A stretch of DNA of 63,825 bases, counting the filler, from Saprolegnia diclina VS20 (taxonomy: Eukaryota): assembly GCF_000281045.1 (NCBI RefSeq). It is 15 parts of 4 records of this genome, joined end to end, with 100 filler letters (N's around TTAATTAATTAA, not from the genome) between each part and the next. Parts side by side here need not be neighbours in the genome. Positions count along the whole stretch, not along the records: positions 15,859 to 34,777 come from NW_008246161.1; 14 more parts are not named here. One strand, written 5' to 3'. A model generated the notes under the pieces. It searched no databases. It was given only the letters and a program-made list of their open reading frames with translations, and was not told the origin of the DNA. The number at the start of each line of letters is the position of its first letter. The first letter of the stretch is position 1. This document shows, in pieces, positions 22,186-33,518 of this stretch. Position numbers and translations under genes: made by a program.

Positions 22186-22771
22186 TTACTTGTTGGAGGT
22201 CATAGACCGCATCATCTCGATCGTGCTACGCATGAACTCGAGTTGGGCCTCGCGCTCTGTTTTCTCCAACTGGAATCGAGCCTCGTGTTCGGACTTGTCA
22301 AGGAGGTACCGCTGCTCCTCCAGTTGAAGCTTGCAATGACTCAGCGCGAGCTCTTCCTTCATCACGGCAACCGCCTCCTTTTTGGCGGCAATTTTCTCTT
22401 GCTTAGCGGCCAGTTCGTCTTGCTTCAGCTTGTTGGTCGCTTCGATCATGCTGGAAATGGCCTGAACAATGCTCGCCACGTCGCTAGTCGCCGCAGCGGC
22501 GCGCTTGGTCTTCTTCGATGGCGTCTCGGCGTTGTTATCATAGTCCGATTCCTGGTCGTCGCCGTCTGCTGTCCTGCGCTTGAGACCTTGCAACGCCGCA
22601 GCACGAATGCCGTCGTTCTCGCGCTTGTCGACCTTCTTCACCTTGTCTTCCTTGGCCGCCTTTTTCTTGTCCACCGCCGCTTCCGTCTACACATATTTAT
22701 GAGCTCGAAGAGGCATCGAGCTCAACTCACAAGGTCCGAGATATCCTCAAGTAGCATGGCGCGCTCGCTAA
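22186..22771 (-). pseudogene. C-terminal remnant of the Harbinger accessory (Myb/SANT coiled-coil) gene
   Basis: ERAMLLEDI...GIRAAALQGLKRR...LEEQR parallels ORF 33519..34355; convergent with the transposase remnant as in the intact element. Confidence 0.7.
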
Positions 22772-23025
22772 CTTTTCGCAACTCAAACAATAATTAATGG
22801 AGAGCGTGAAATCCATTTCAGGATAGGGACTTCTTTGGTCGGGATTTCATGATTCGGACATGTCGCTTAGAGATCGGAATCCAGATTTCTTGATTCAGAG
22901 CATCGATTGCTTTTGCAACCAAGATTTCGTGATGGACCTGTTTGATTACGTTCTAAGCGATTCAACCAATCATTTTCGAGATGGGCATCGGAATGTACCA
23001 AAGTGCACTCTCGGTCTTTCCAAGC

Positions 23026-24573
23026 ATGGCTGACGAAGAAGAACGCAAGACGAAGAAGGGCCGCGCGACGCCGCCGGACGGGCTCCTCTTCCCGCATGTG
23101 ATCGAGGCGGTTGCCACGTCCCTTGACACGCGTGACGGTTTTGCAGCCTTTCTCGACGCGGTGCCTCGGTCGCTCTGGACGCCGGCGCTCACGGCCTTTG
23201 TCGACGTCTGCAGCTTGGCGCCGTCCTACGTCTATAGCGACTGGCCCCACCTTATGCTCACCGAGACGGCGGACTTGCCGCACGAGGTTTTGCCAATGCT
23301 GGTAAAGACACTACCACTGCGCTTATGTATCGACGTCGAGTGCGAGATCTACGAAGCGGCGCCGTTGGTCCAGCTTGTCCCGAGCATCGGTCCCGCGCTG
23401 AGCTACATCAGCCTAGTGTTCAACGACACGATCATGGTCGACGGCCAAGGCCAAACGATCGCGAATCTCCTCTTGGAGCAGTGCCCGTGCTTGCGCGAGC
23501 TGTTGGTCGATGTCGCGGCGTCACGCAACAACAACCACAACGCGGACGAACGCGTCGAGCTTAGCAATCTGCTGGCGGCGGTTGCCCACCCGCGCGTCGA
23601 GCAGCTGAGCGTCAGTCTCCTGGACGCGCATGCGACCCCGCGACTCGGGCATTATCTGGCGTCGTGGCTATCCACAGCCCCGACGACGGGTCTGAGCTTG
23701 CGCGACGTCGCACACATGGACGATGACGCCGCGATAGCGTTCTGCGATGCGCTGCAAGCCAACACGACGCTCACCGAGCTGTCGCTTCACCGCGTCGTTA
23801 ACATCTTGGGCTTCCGCGGGCGCACGCTCCCGCCGTCCTTGGACCGCTTCGAGTTCGACGCTCGCTTCCACAACCTTGACGTCAACGACGCGACGATCGA
23901 GCACCTCGCGATTGCCGTGGGCGCCACCAAGCTAGAGCACTTTGGTTGCAGCGTCTTTGGCAGAGTTGCGCAGTGCCCGGCCGCAGCACCCATGCTAGCG
24001 CAACTCCAGTCGCTCGAAGTCCACGGCCTGCGGGCCGACGGCGTCGAGGCGCTCGTCGCTGGCTTGTCGACGGTGCCGGCGCTCATTTCGCTCGTCCTTG
24101 GGAAGAGTGCGATGGCCTCGGAAGACGCTGCGGTGCAGCTCATGGACGCGCTCGCGACCTCGTGTACGCATCTGACTCACCTGAATTTGAACGAGCACGG
24201 TATGCGCCGTGATGGTGTTGCGGCGGTGCTAGCGGCCACACCACGCTTGCCGCAGCTGACGAGCCTGGACGTCTCCCCCTCCCACGACCGAATGAAGCTG
24301 CACGAGCTGCTGTGCGTCCTCATGGAGCTCGTCGCCGCGGGCCGCCACGTCCAGGAGCTCAGTTTTCAGACGATCAAGTCGCAGAACGGGCGGCGCGCTA
24401 CGCTGGTCGACAGCAAAGAGGACAAGCGGGCGGTCTTGCGCGCACTCGCCATGATTCAAGACGTTCCGTTTGTCGTCGATCGATTTCCTGTGGACGTCGA
24501 GCCGCATGTCGTTGAGGCACTTGGAGCGACCGCCGACCGCGCAGAGCGTTGCACATTGAACTTGTACTTTTAA
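23026..24573 (+). CDS. RNI-like leucine-rich-repeat protein, copy 2
   Basis: Collinear tandem paralog of 19608..21149; same AAGC-ATG start context. Confidence 0.85.
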   Translation: MADEEERKTKKGRATPPDGLLFPHVIEAVATSLDTRDGFAAFLDAVPRSLWTPALTAFVDVCSLAPSYVYSDWPHLMLTETADLPHEVLPMLVKTLPLRLCIDVECEIYEAAPLVQLVPSIGPALSYISLVFNDTIMVDGQGQTIANLLLEQCPCLRELLVDVAASRNNNHNADERVELSNLLAAVAHPRVEQLSVSLLDAHATPRLGHYLASWLSTAPTTGLSLRDVAHMDDDAAIAFCDALQANTTLTELSLHRVVNILGFRGRTLPPSLDRFEFDARFHNLDVNDATIEHLAIAVGATKLEHFGCSVFGRVAQCPAAAPMLAQLQSLEVHGLRADGVEALVAGLSTVPALISLVLGKSAMASEDAAVQLMDALATSCTHLTHLNLNEHGMRRDGVAAVLAATPRLPQLTSLDVSPSHDRMKLHELLCVLMELVAAGRHVQELSFQTIKSQNGRRATLVDSKEDKRAVLRALAMIQDVPFVVDRFPVDVEPHVVEALGATADRAERCTLNLYF

Positions 24574-25090
24574 TTTCTTCAATTCCATCGAAATTCATTA
24601 TTCATAACACCAAATTGGCACCAAGGCCGAGACACAGCACCGAGCAGCCTGCTACCTATCCTACATAGGTTTAGGTACCAAATGCCAAGTGCGCGCCGCT
24701 GTCGAGATTCATTTACGATAGCAAAACGGGCCAAAGCGGGCATTTCGACCACAACTGCCGCAAGTTTGTATGGTTGCTGTCTGTCGCCAAGCTGTTACCC
24801 ACTGGTGGTGCAATACCTTCCATTAGCCATTAAGAAAGGAGGTGGTGCAGCGTGCGTGACCTACTGAGATCGAAATAGCTGCGGTATGCGGAAGCCCGAG
24901 CAGACACAGTGGCGAGCAATGGCTGCAAAGAACGCGTTGGTGCGGTGACTGTAGATCGACTAGCAATAGGAACCTTCGCCGTCGATCGGTAGATGGAAAC
25001 GGAAGGCTAATGCGGTAATGAGGCGACATCACAGATACAACTAATAGTGTTCTCGCAGTGGAGATCTCGACAACCAAGCGTGAATAAGAA

Positions 25091-25123
25091 AGCTATTTCT
25101 TAGCTATTTCTTAGCTATTTCTT
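25091..25123. repeat. 11-bp tandem repeat (AGCTATTTCTT)x3
   Basis: Read directly; preceded by a near-inverted unit AATAAGAAAGCT. Confidence 0.85.
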
Positions 25124-25471
25124 ATTTGCCCCTACCAAAACGATCGTGGCGGTTTGTTGCATCGTTGGAGAGAGAACGCATTTGCCGGAACGGAGCGGCT
25201 TGCGTCGACGGCGTGTCGATGCATGTGCACTATAGGTTGCACACGGCTTCGATTGCTTTGCCCTCGCAAGAAGGCATCGAAACGCACCTGATTTGAAATT
25301 TTAAGAGATATACGCACCCAAATCAGTGTTGTAATTTTAAAAGAGCACCCATTTGTGATGCTGGCGTCCAGAACACGAACACCACCCTCGGCATAGCTAT
25401 CTCCTCCACACTGCAACCTCTATCTCCCGGAACGAGTTGATGGGCTTGGACAATGCATTCAAGTATTTGTC

Positions 25472-26017
25472 ATGTTCGCAGCAGTTGTCCTTTTCTGGAG
25501 TACGCTCGTCGCCGGCGATATCGTCCAGGACCTTTTCAACGCCCACAACCTCGCCCGCAAGCACTACGGTATCCCGGAGTTTGCCTGCCTCGATAGCCAG
25601 CTCAATATGCTCAGCCAAGGCCACGCCGACTACGAAGTGAGTCTAGGCGCACTCAACCACGATGGCTTTGACGCGCGCTGTCTCGGTGTGAGCAACCAAG
25701 TCTTGTGCGGCGAGAACACGCTCTTCGACTACGTCGACGACGGTAGCGCGATGACCGAGAGCTGGATGGCATCGCCGCCGCACCGCCTCAACATCCTCAA
25801 CGTCAACTACACGCACGCAGGCTTTGGTGTCAAGCAGTCGAGCACGACCGGCAAGTGGTTTGCGACTGCGCTGTTCGCCAGTGCCAACCCGCACAAGGAG
25901 GCGAGCTGCGTTCAAACGGCCGCCGAGACTGTCGTTGGCACGAGCGTCGCAACACCAAAGCACCACAAGACGCACCCGCCATCGACACCCGCGCGAGCGC
26001 TGCGCACGACCGAGTAG
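25472..26017 (+). CDS. Secreted single-domain CAP/SCP protein
   Basis: Signal MFAAVVLFWSTLVAG; HNLAR, LNHDGF, CGEN, WMASPPHRLNILN. Confidence 0.9.
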   Translation: MFAAVVLFWSTLVAGDIVQDLFNAHNLARKHYGIPEFACLDSQLNMLSQGHADYEVSLGALNHDGFDARCLGVSNQVLCGENTLFDYVDDGSAMTESWMASPPHRLNILNVNYTHAGFGVKQSSTTGKWFATALFASANPHKEASCVQTAAETVVGTSVATPKHHKTHPPSTPARALRTTE

Positions 26018-27190
26018 TTAAAGGAACACTATGTCACCACAGATTTGGTGTGTTTAAAACATGTGTTTTGTACGTTTGAAACGGGCGTGTCGGTTCGTCA
26101 CGGGGTTGCTTTTGTGCCGTTCAGCAAGTGGTTGAATGCGAGCCTCCCTGTGGGCACAAGGATAGTCGTTGGATACCAGCGGTCGTACTCGGATACACCT
26201 ATACGTGCAGGATAGGATTTTCAAAGTCGAGTACACAGAATTCTAAAATACGATTGTCCACAACGAAGGGAATGTTCCGCACGGTACATTCCGTTGTCGC
26301 ATGCGGTATTGGAGCGCATTGCATAGTTCAACGTTGAAACGAGCGAGTGGACTTGGCAAGCACCGATGCATCCTGCGACGGGCACGTGCGTGGCTTCTTT
26401 GTTCGCATATATACGCGCGGTATCAAGGCGTGTGTTTGCTATGGTGTTGCATGTAGGGACGGCGCATACGACGCACACAAGTCTACATTCCTGAACAAGC
26501 ATCATTGGCCAGTACAGGGAACGTCGTGGCGATGCCAAAGTCCTCGTCCCACCGTCGAGAAAGCAATTCACCGTCGACGCCTCGACATGACCTGGTATCC
26601 GGATAACGCGCGCCAGTCAAGTGCTGCTCGTGGTAGCGTGACAGCTCACGTCGTCACATCGATGGAGCAGCCTCTTGGCCTCTTAAAGTACGCATTAAAG
26701 GTGTTCTATGCGCTTGGTGCAGTACTGAGCTCTAGTGTGCCTCCGAGTCAACTTTCCAGCCAAATATGCATTTAGGCAACAAGATTTTTCTGCCAGGAAT
26801 TTCTACAAAACAAGCCTGTTTGACGATTTCTCGACGAAAGCGTTGGCACAAATATCATATCGTCCAGTGTTTTCGTTCTTGCGGGGACATGTGGAAGCGC
26901 ATACGAGGGCGGTACAGCATTTGACATTCCCGAGCGTGCACACGACGCCACGTCATTGGTCGGTAACTGTACAGCTGCATCCAACGTCGTAACGACAAGG
27001 CATCTGTTCGATGGACGACGACGCTATTTGCATTAGGACACCCTTCCACGACGACGCAAGCTGGTTTCGAAGCGCCGCCAGCGCGTACGAACGGACAACG
27101 ACTTGCTTCGCAGCCATGTGCAAAGTGGGAAAGGTCGCTCTCATCATCGTCGACCACGCCCCGAGACCTCATTTTTCAATTTCATTTGCC

Positions 27191-28450
27191 ATGCAAGTGC
27201 AACTCATTCTCACGCTCGCGGTGCTTGCGGCCGGCGACGTCGTTCAAGACCTCTTTACGGAACACAACGCGCAGCGCACGCAGAACGGTCTCGAAGCGTT
27301 TACGTGCCTCGACACGCAGCTTAGCGCGCTCAGCGCGAGCCATGTCGACTATGAGATTGGCATTGACAACATTGACCACAACGGCTTTGACGAGCGCTGC
27401 AAGGCCATCGGCAACGTTGCTTGCGGCGAAAACACTCTGTACGACTACGAAGGCAACGCCAAGACGATGACGACGAGCTGGATGAACTCGGCCGGCCACC
27501 GCGCCAACATTCTCAACAGCGGCTACAAGCACGTTGGCTTTGGCGTCAAGAAGTCGCCGACGAGCGGCAAGTGGTTTGCGACTGCGATCTTTTCGAGCGA
27601 GAACCCGACCAAGGCCGCGTGCCTCAACGGCGGCAACGTGACGGACGCGCCGACGGCGTACCCGACCGAATACCCCACGGACGACAAGACCGAGAAGCCT
27701 TCCGACGAGCCCTCGAATGAGCCTACGGACCAGCCGACCGATGGGCCGTCGGATGAGCCGACCGAGTACCCCTCCGACGAGCCGACGGACGCACCATCTG
27801 ACACACCAACCGATGCCCCGACGAAGCACCCGCACACCAAGCACCCGCACACCAAGCACCCGCACACCAAGCGCCCGCACACCAAGCATCCCAAGCCGAC
27901 CCCCAACGCGACGACGGAAGTGCCTTCCGAGCTCCCGACGGAGGTGCCCACGGACGCGCCCACAGAGTACCCCACCGATGCCCCCAGTGACGAGCCGACT
28001 GACGCCCCCAGTGACGAGCCCACCGACGCTCCCAGTGACGAGCCCACCGACGCTCCCAGTGACGAGCCGAGTGACGAGCCGAGTGACGAGCCTAGTGATG
28101 AGCCCACCGAGGAGCCCACCGAGGAGCCCACCGAGCCTAGTGACTATCCTAGTGACGAGCCCAGCGAGGAGCCCACCGAGGAGCCGAGTGACGAGCCGAG
28201 TGACGAGCCCAGCGATGAGCCGAGCGACGAGCCTACGGATGAACCCAGCGACGAGCCTACGGATGAACCCAGCGACGAGCCCAGTGATGATCCTACGGAT
28301 GAGCCCTCGGACGAGCCGACCAACGAGCCCAGCGATGCGCCAACGGACGCACCTACCAAGGGCCCGCACACCAAGCACCCGCACACCACGCACCCGCACA
28401 CCAAGCCACCGTGCCCTTCGTCGTCGGGCTCGACCGGCGACAACTACTAA
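27191..28450 (+). CDS. Secreted CAP/SCP protein with long SDEP/TDAP mucin-like tail and KHPHT repeats
   Basis: INR TCATTTTTCAATTTC at 27169; signal MQVQLILTLAVLAAG; CGEN, WMNSAGHRANILN; (SDEP/TDAP)n and (KHPHT)n blocks. Confidence 0.9.
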   Translation: MQVQLILTLAVLAAGDVVQDLFTEHNAQRTQNGLEAFTCLDTQLSALSASHVDYEIGIDNIDHNGFDERCKAIGNVACGENTLYDYEGNAKTMTTSWMNSAGHRANILNSGYKHVGFGVKKSPTSGKWFATAIFSSENPTKAACLNGGNVTDAPTAYPTEYPTDDKTEKPSDEPSNEPTDQPTDGPSDEPTEYPSDEPTDAPSDTPTDAPTKHPHTKHPHTKHPHTKRPHTKHPKPTPNATTEVPSELPTEVPTDAPTEYPTDAPSDEPTDAPSDEPTDAPSDEPTDAPSDEPSDEPSDEPSDEPTEEPTEEPTEPSDYPSDEPSEEPTEEPSDEPSDEPSDEPSDEPTDEPSDEPTDEPSDEPSDDPTDEPSDEPTNEPSDAPTDAPTKGPHTKHPHTTHPHTKPPCPSSSGSTGDNY

Positions 28451-28703
28451 ACGTTCGTTCGCTCTCTGAGTGTGCTTCATGTTGCGTAATGAAATGACAT
28501 GACGTTCTTGACTTTTGATTTCCGACAAAGCAGCGTTTCACAGTCAATTCCGACACTATATCTTGGCATTGACCACATTGTTGACTCGCAGTACACATAA
28601 TGTGCATCTTGTGCGCTTTGGGACACGAGGACTGATAGCGAGGACATCCATCAATGAGCAGTATCTCACATGCGCAGCGGCATATACTATTCAGTACTAC
28701 GCT

Positions 28704-29846
28704 CTAACACCAACCAAGCTCGTGGGCATCGGCGACTCTACACTGGGGTCGATACCATCGCCAGAGAAACTGCAGCACGGGGAGATGCCCCCGTTCAAAC
28801 GCGCCGCGCCACGCACGCGCAGAGCACTTTTCGCGTCGATGAACGTGCAAGAACTGGACGACATCGAGGTGACCAAAGGTCGCTGCACCGTCCATCGCTT
28901 CGACCGAGCAGCCTTCGTCGCGATTTTCGTGCAGAAACTCGACTACGTCCAAATGCCCGTGCGCGCAGGCGGCGTGCATCGCGTCTTGTGTGCAGCCTTC
29001 GTGCCGGTTGTCGTGGAGGAACTGGACGACTTCGAGATGGCCGCGCGCCGCCGCGCCGTCGAGGGCGTCGACAGAACAGCCTTCACGTCGGTGCTCGTGA
29101 AGAAACTGGACAACGTCGAGATGGCCCGCGATCGCCGCTTCGTCCATGGCGTCCCGCGTGCAGCCTTCGACCCGATGGATGTGCAGGTACGCGACCACGT
29201 CGAGGTGCCCGTTGGCCGCGGCGGCGTCCATCGCACGCATACTCGCGCCTTCGCCGCGGATGCGGTCCAAGTACGACACGACGTCCAAGTGGCCGTTGGC
29301 CGCAGCGCCATCGAGCGCATGGACCGTCGCAGGACAGGCGGTAAACTCGGTGAGGTACGCCACGATCGGAAGGTGGCCGTGCGAGGCAGCGACGTCAAGC
29401 GAGGGCTGCGTCGGCGCGCAGCCATGCACAGTGTGGAGGTACAGGACAATGTCAAGGTGCCCGTGCCGGCTCGCACACACAATGGATGCGGGTGTGAGCA
29501 GCGACGGCGCATTGACGACGCACCGGCGCACAATCGGCAAGTTGCCTTCGCGGATCGCGACGTGGAGCACAAAGCGGTCGTCGCCAATTCCATCGATGCA
29601 GAGCGTGTCGAGCGGCCGCTTGGCGGCAAAGTCGTCGCGGAAGCGCGCCGGAATGGGGCCAATCGCGTACGCAAACGTAGTGTGGCGCAAGGCGAGGAGC
29701 CGCCACTCGGCATAGCGCGGGCGGAGCTCGAGAAAGAGACCATCTTGGTACGGCTGGATGAGTTTGACGAGAAGCGTCGCGTCGAGTAGGACCCGCAGCG
29801 CGACGTGGTCGCCGCGGCGGCGCTTGGCGTGGCGTCCGTCGGCCAT
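28704..29846 (-). CDS. Ankyrin-repeat protein (AMD.AA.NGHLDVV.FLH type)
   Basis: About 9 tandem units such as AMDAAAANGHLDVVAYLHIHRVEGCT; first ATG at 29846. Confidence 0.9.
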   Translation of the reverse strand: MADGRHAKRRRGDHVALRVLLDATLLVKLIQPYQDGLFLELRPRYAEWRLLALRHTTFAYAIGPIPARFRDDFAAKRPLDTLCIDGIGDDRFVLHVAIREGNLPIVRRCVVNAPSLLTPASIVCASRHGHLDIVLYLHTVHGCAPTQPSLDVAASHGHLPIVAYLTEFTACPATVHALDGAAANGHLDVVSYLDRIRGEGASMRAMDAAAANGHLDVVAYLHIHRVEGCTRDAMDEAAIAGHLDVVQFLHEHRREGCSVDALDGAAARGHLEVVQFLHDNRHEGCTQDAMHAACAHGHLDVVEFLHENRDEGCSVEAMDGAATFGHLDVVQFLHVHRREKCSARAWRGAFERGHLPVLQFLWRWYRPQCRVADAHELGWC

Positions 29847-30665
29847 GGCGGCCACGATTGGCTGGTGCCACGCAACATGTTGCAACGACTTTCCCAATAC
29901 CGTCTCATGCCGTGCAGAAAGGGTAATCTGGAAAGTGCAATCTCGGAAAGGCCATCTCGGAGGTTACGCCGACGTGCGTTTGGCCATGGCGCGTGGTGCT
30001 GGGAGCTATAAACTCAAAATTCGAAGCGCCGACAGGCCTCGCAAGCACCGCGATGGGCGTTCGCGATGGGCGGCATTCGATATTTCACACAGCTGTGTGC
30101 AACTCTGAGGCACTGGCACCACCTGCAGAAACTGATATCACGAATGGCACGATCAACTCGGAAGACGACCAAGCGCAGCGGACGTACTAGTAGCGCACCG
30201 CTGTACTAACGAGAATGCAAAGCGATGGCCAGCACCTCGCCAATGACGACGCGCAAGCCGAAGCTAGGCACTCAGTACTTAGTTTACGATCGACGGTGTT
30301 GTTCTTTGTCGCCGCGCTTGAAACGGCCGTGGAAATGATGACGACAACAAGCACGTCCGTCGTTGCCTTGCACGGCGTCGTATTTTCCAGCGTGCAAGGA
30401 GCTGCGAGGAGCTGCGTACTTCAGTTCCCAGTCCCTCGTGCTTTCTGATTGGCACGTCCGATTACGGGACAGCACTGATGACTACGGCCTAGCACCGAAA
30501 ACCTCTTTGAATGCATATTTCATGCAAGATGTGCAGCCAAATTACAGTGTAAATACAGTGTACGCACGGCTATCATTTCGGTGCAGCAGCGCGTCTTGGT
30601 GCCGATTGGCCACGCCGCCGCCGCCTGTTTTGGCTCGTGAACAAAGTCAGTGGGTTCATTTGCCA

Positions 30666-31506
30666 ATGGCGTGCCCACTGAACGACGACGACGTTATCGT
30701 CGAGCACGACGCGATCCTTGGCCACGGCGTCGACGGGACCGTCTACAAGGGCGTCTTCCGCGGCCAGCTCGTGGCGGTCAAGGAGCTCCACACGCCGGGC
30801 ACGAGCGACGTGCGCCGCCTCATCGCGTACGTCCCCGCCGCTACTCACCGTTCCGCCCACAATGTCTTTGACTAGATGCTCGAGTCCACATGTCGTCCGC
30901 ATCTTAGCCCACAACCAGACACAGCTAGTCCTTGAATACATGGACATGGGCAACCTCCGCGCCCATCTCGATATGGCGATCAAGACGTCGTCGACGATCT
31001 CGCTTCTCTTCAAGCTCCAGATCGCGTTTGGACTTGCTCAAGCGCTCGCGCATCTCCATAGCATTGATATGGTCCACGGAGCACTCAAGTCGGCCAATGT
31101 CCTTTTGAGCACTACGAAGGGCGTCAAATTAGCCCATGGCGGGATCGCGGGACCCCGCACCGAGGCGCTGTGGATGACGGCCGGCGCGCCGTTCTGGACG
31201 GCCCCCGAAGCGCTCGATGCAGACGCTTTGCTGCAACCGTCGGCCGACATTTACTCGCTCGGCGTCATTCTCGCAGAGCTCGATACGCTCAAGCGACCGT
31301 ATACAAACACGACGATGAACTCATTTGCGGTACTCAACGACGTCCGAGCGGGCACCCGCCTGCCCGAGCTCAGCGCCGAGTGCCCCGCGTGGTACCAGCG
31401 CCTCACGCTGGCGTGCTTGGCGTTTGGTCCGGCGGCGCGGCCGTCGGCGGCCGACGTGGTCCTGTGTCTGCGCAAGCAGCTCGGCGACGAGTCGAGTATC
31501 GCCTAA
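30666..31506 (+). CDS. TKL-like protein pseudokinase, one intron (30827..30875)
   Basis: LGHGVDGTVYKG, VAVK, WTAPE, SADIYSLG, RPSA. The GT..AG intron joins IA|CSSPH in frame. Catalytic loop reads HGALKSAN and the DFG position reads HGG. Confidence 0.85.
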
Positions 31507-32302
31507 GATACGATCGTATTTGCCTGTCGACCAGAATTGGAGGTTCGTTTATGGATAAAGTTAATAGAGTAGGATGCCACAAAATGTGTCATTACTGTCA
31601 ATTGTCGGCTAGCAAGCCAGAAAGAGGTTGAGAAGCCAACCCTACCCTACCCTAGACCTACCGGTACGCCAAGCGCGTCTTGGCACCGGGCGACCACAAT
31701 CGAGCATAAAAGATCGACAACGACCCGTGCATCCTAGCTAGGGAGACTGCAAGCAACGTGCCTACGAAAATATCAAGGTATCAATCGGCCAAGACGACGC
31801 CGCCGGCGCGCGACCCGTGATCATGGCCCGAAAGCAAGTAAAGTCGACGGCTAAGAAGATTGCTCGTCTCTAGTGGGCCCAGCACAATCAAACGCATAGG
31901 AAATGAGCCAGGGGCCCGACAAAACGCGAGTATAAATCAAAACCTTTCTCAAAATCAAAATATGAGCTCAATCGACCCATTTTGAGCGAGCAAATGACAA
32001 GTTTGCCTAAACATACAGAGCGTCTTCGCATTCCCTCTGTTGAAGCATGAAGATAGCTTAAATCATTCTATAGAGACAGTATCGCCACTCGACCTTTTTC
32101 GGGCCTTTCGGAGTCACTAATAGAGAGATTTTGCAAATTGTGTCGTACCGTTGCCATTCCTCCGATTGTCGCAAATTTTCAGGAGTGCCAAGGGCCTGGC
32201 AAACCAGAATTGTGATTTTGCAAACCAACCATTTGCCCTGCCAGCTGATCATCCGGATAATGAATTACTTATCCGGGGGCATCAGTTTGATTTCGCGCGC
32301 AG

Positions 32303-33469
32303 ATGAAGCCCATGCACCTCTTGCTGCTGCGGTGGTATCGGAAGAACCGCGATAAGCCGTATGCTCGTATGGCGCTCGCAGTGCTTTTGTCCCGCTCTGT
32401 AGAGCGACCTCTGGTTCCCGACGTCCGCTTCAAACTCCTAGAGATGAGCGACGCCGACGCTGTCCTTTCCTTTCGGTTCGATGTCGACGGCATTCAACGC
32501 CTGAGAACGCAACTTGGTATCCCCCACGTCATCGTAACGGTGGACCGGTACCGCGTGCTAGGTGACGAATCACTTTGCATCGTTCTGTATCGGTTGAGGT
32601 TTCCAACGACGTACTACGACATGATGAGTACGTTCGGTCGTTCTCGTCCGCAACTCTGTCGGATCTTTTACTACGTCGTGGATCTGATCTACAGGACATG
32701 GTGGGATATCATCTACTTTGCCAAGGTCGTCGACCGCCAGCGTATCCAAGCGTACGCGGAGGCGATTCATCGCCGCGGCGCTCCGACCACAAATGTCTTT
32801 GCGTTCGTCGACGGCACCAAGGTCCCGACGTGTCGTATCTCGGCAGCCTCGGCACCAGAGCCCGACATGAATCTGCAACGGTTGATCTACAGCGGCCACA
32901 AGCGTCGCCACTGCCTCGTTTACCAAGGCCTTACGGCCCCCGACGGGCTTTGCATCCACGTGTACGGCCCCGTTGAAGGACGACGCCATGACACGACGGT
33001 GATGCGCTTCAGCAAGCTCCTCCAGTTCTTTGAAGGCCAATCTCTGACGTTTGAAGAAGGCGCGGACGGCGAGGACGCGGATGAAGAAGAGCGAGGTCAA
33101 ATCCGCACCGTCGAAGGCCGACCTCAAACGTTAAACGACTTCATGATCTACGGCGACCCGGCGTACGGGATCTCCAACTGGGTCATGGTCGGCTACAAGG
33201 GCAACAACGTCAACTGGCAAAAGAAGGAGTTCAACCGCAGCATGAGCCAAGTGCGCCAGTCGGTCGAGTGGAACTTCGGTCGCATGAAGACGCTATGGGC
33301 AAGCCTCCAGTTCACACCGCAACAAAAGATCATGCTTAGTCCCGTCGGCAAGATTGTCAAGGTCGCGATGTTCCTCACTAACCTCAACTGCTGCTATTAC
33401 GGCGGTAATCAAACCTCGGACTACTTTGGTCTGGTGCCTCCGACACTTGAAGAATACTTGTCCCGTTAA
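32303..33469 (+). CDS. PIF/Harbinger DDE transposase (DDE_Tnp_4/HARBI1-like)
   Basis: FAFVDGT, YSGHKRRH, GPVEGRRHD, IYGDPAY, FNRSMSQVRQSVEWNFG, PPTLEEYL; uninterrupted 388-aa ORF. Confidence 0.93.
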   Translation: MKPMHLLLLRWYRKNRDKPYARMALAVLLSRSVERPLVPDVRFKLLEMSDADAVLSFRFDVDGIQRLRTQLGIPHVIVTVDRYRVLGDESLCIVLYRLRFPTTYYDMMSTFGRSRPQLCRIFYYVVDLIYRTWWDIIYFAKVVDRQRIQAYAEAIHRRGAPTTNVFAFVDGTKVPTCRISAASAPEPDMNLQRLIYSGHKRRHCLVYQGLTAPDGLCIHVYGPVEGRRHDTTVMRFSKLLQFFEGQSLTFEEGADGEDADEEERGQIRTVEGRPQTLNDFMIYGDPAYGISNWVMVGYKGNNVNWQKKEFNRSMSQVRQSVEWNFGRMKTLWASLQFTPQQKIMLSPVGKIVKVAMFLTNLNCCYYGGNQTSDYFGLVPPTLEEYLSR

Positions 33470-33518
33470 CGATATAATGGACGAAATTCATGCTTTGAAA
33501 CGTCGTGTTCAGTCGAGT

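Noticed and set aside
28515..29789. 424-aa plus-strand ORF (likewise 27182..28528, 16915..17985, 5724..6668, 10920..11867)
   Set aside because: Antisense or alternate-frame shadows of real genes.
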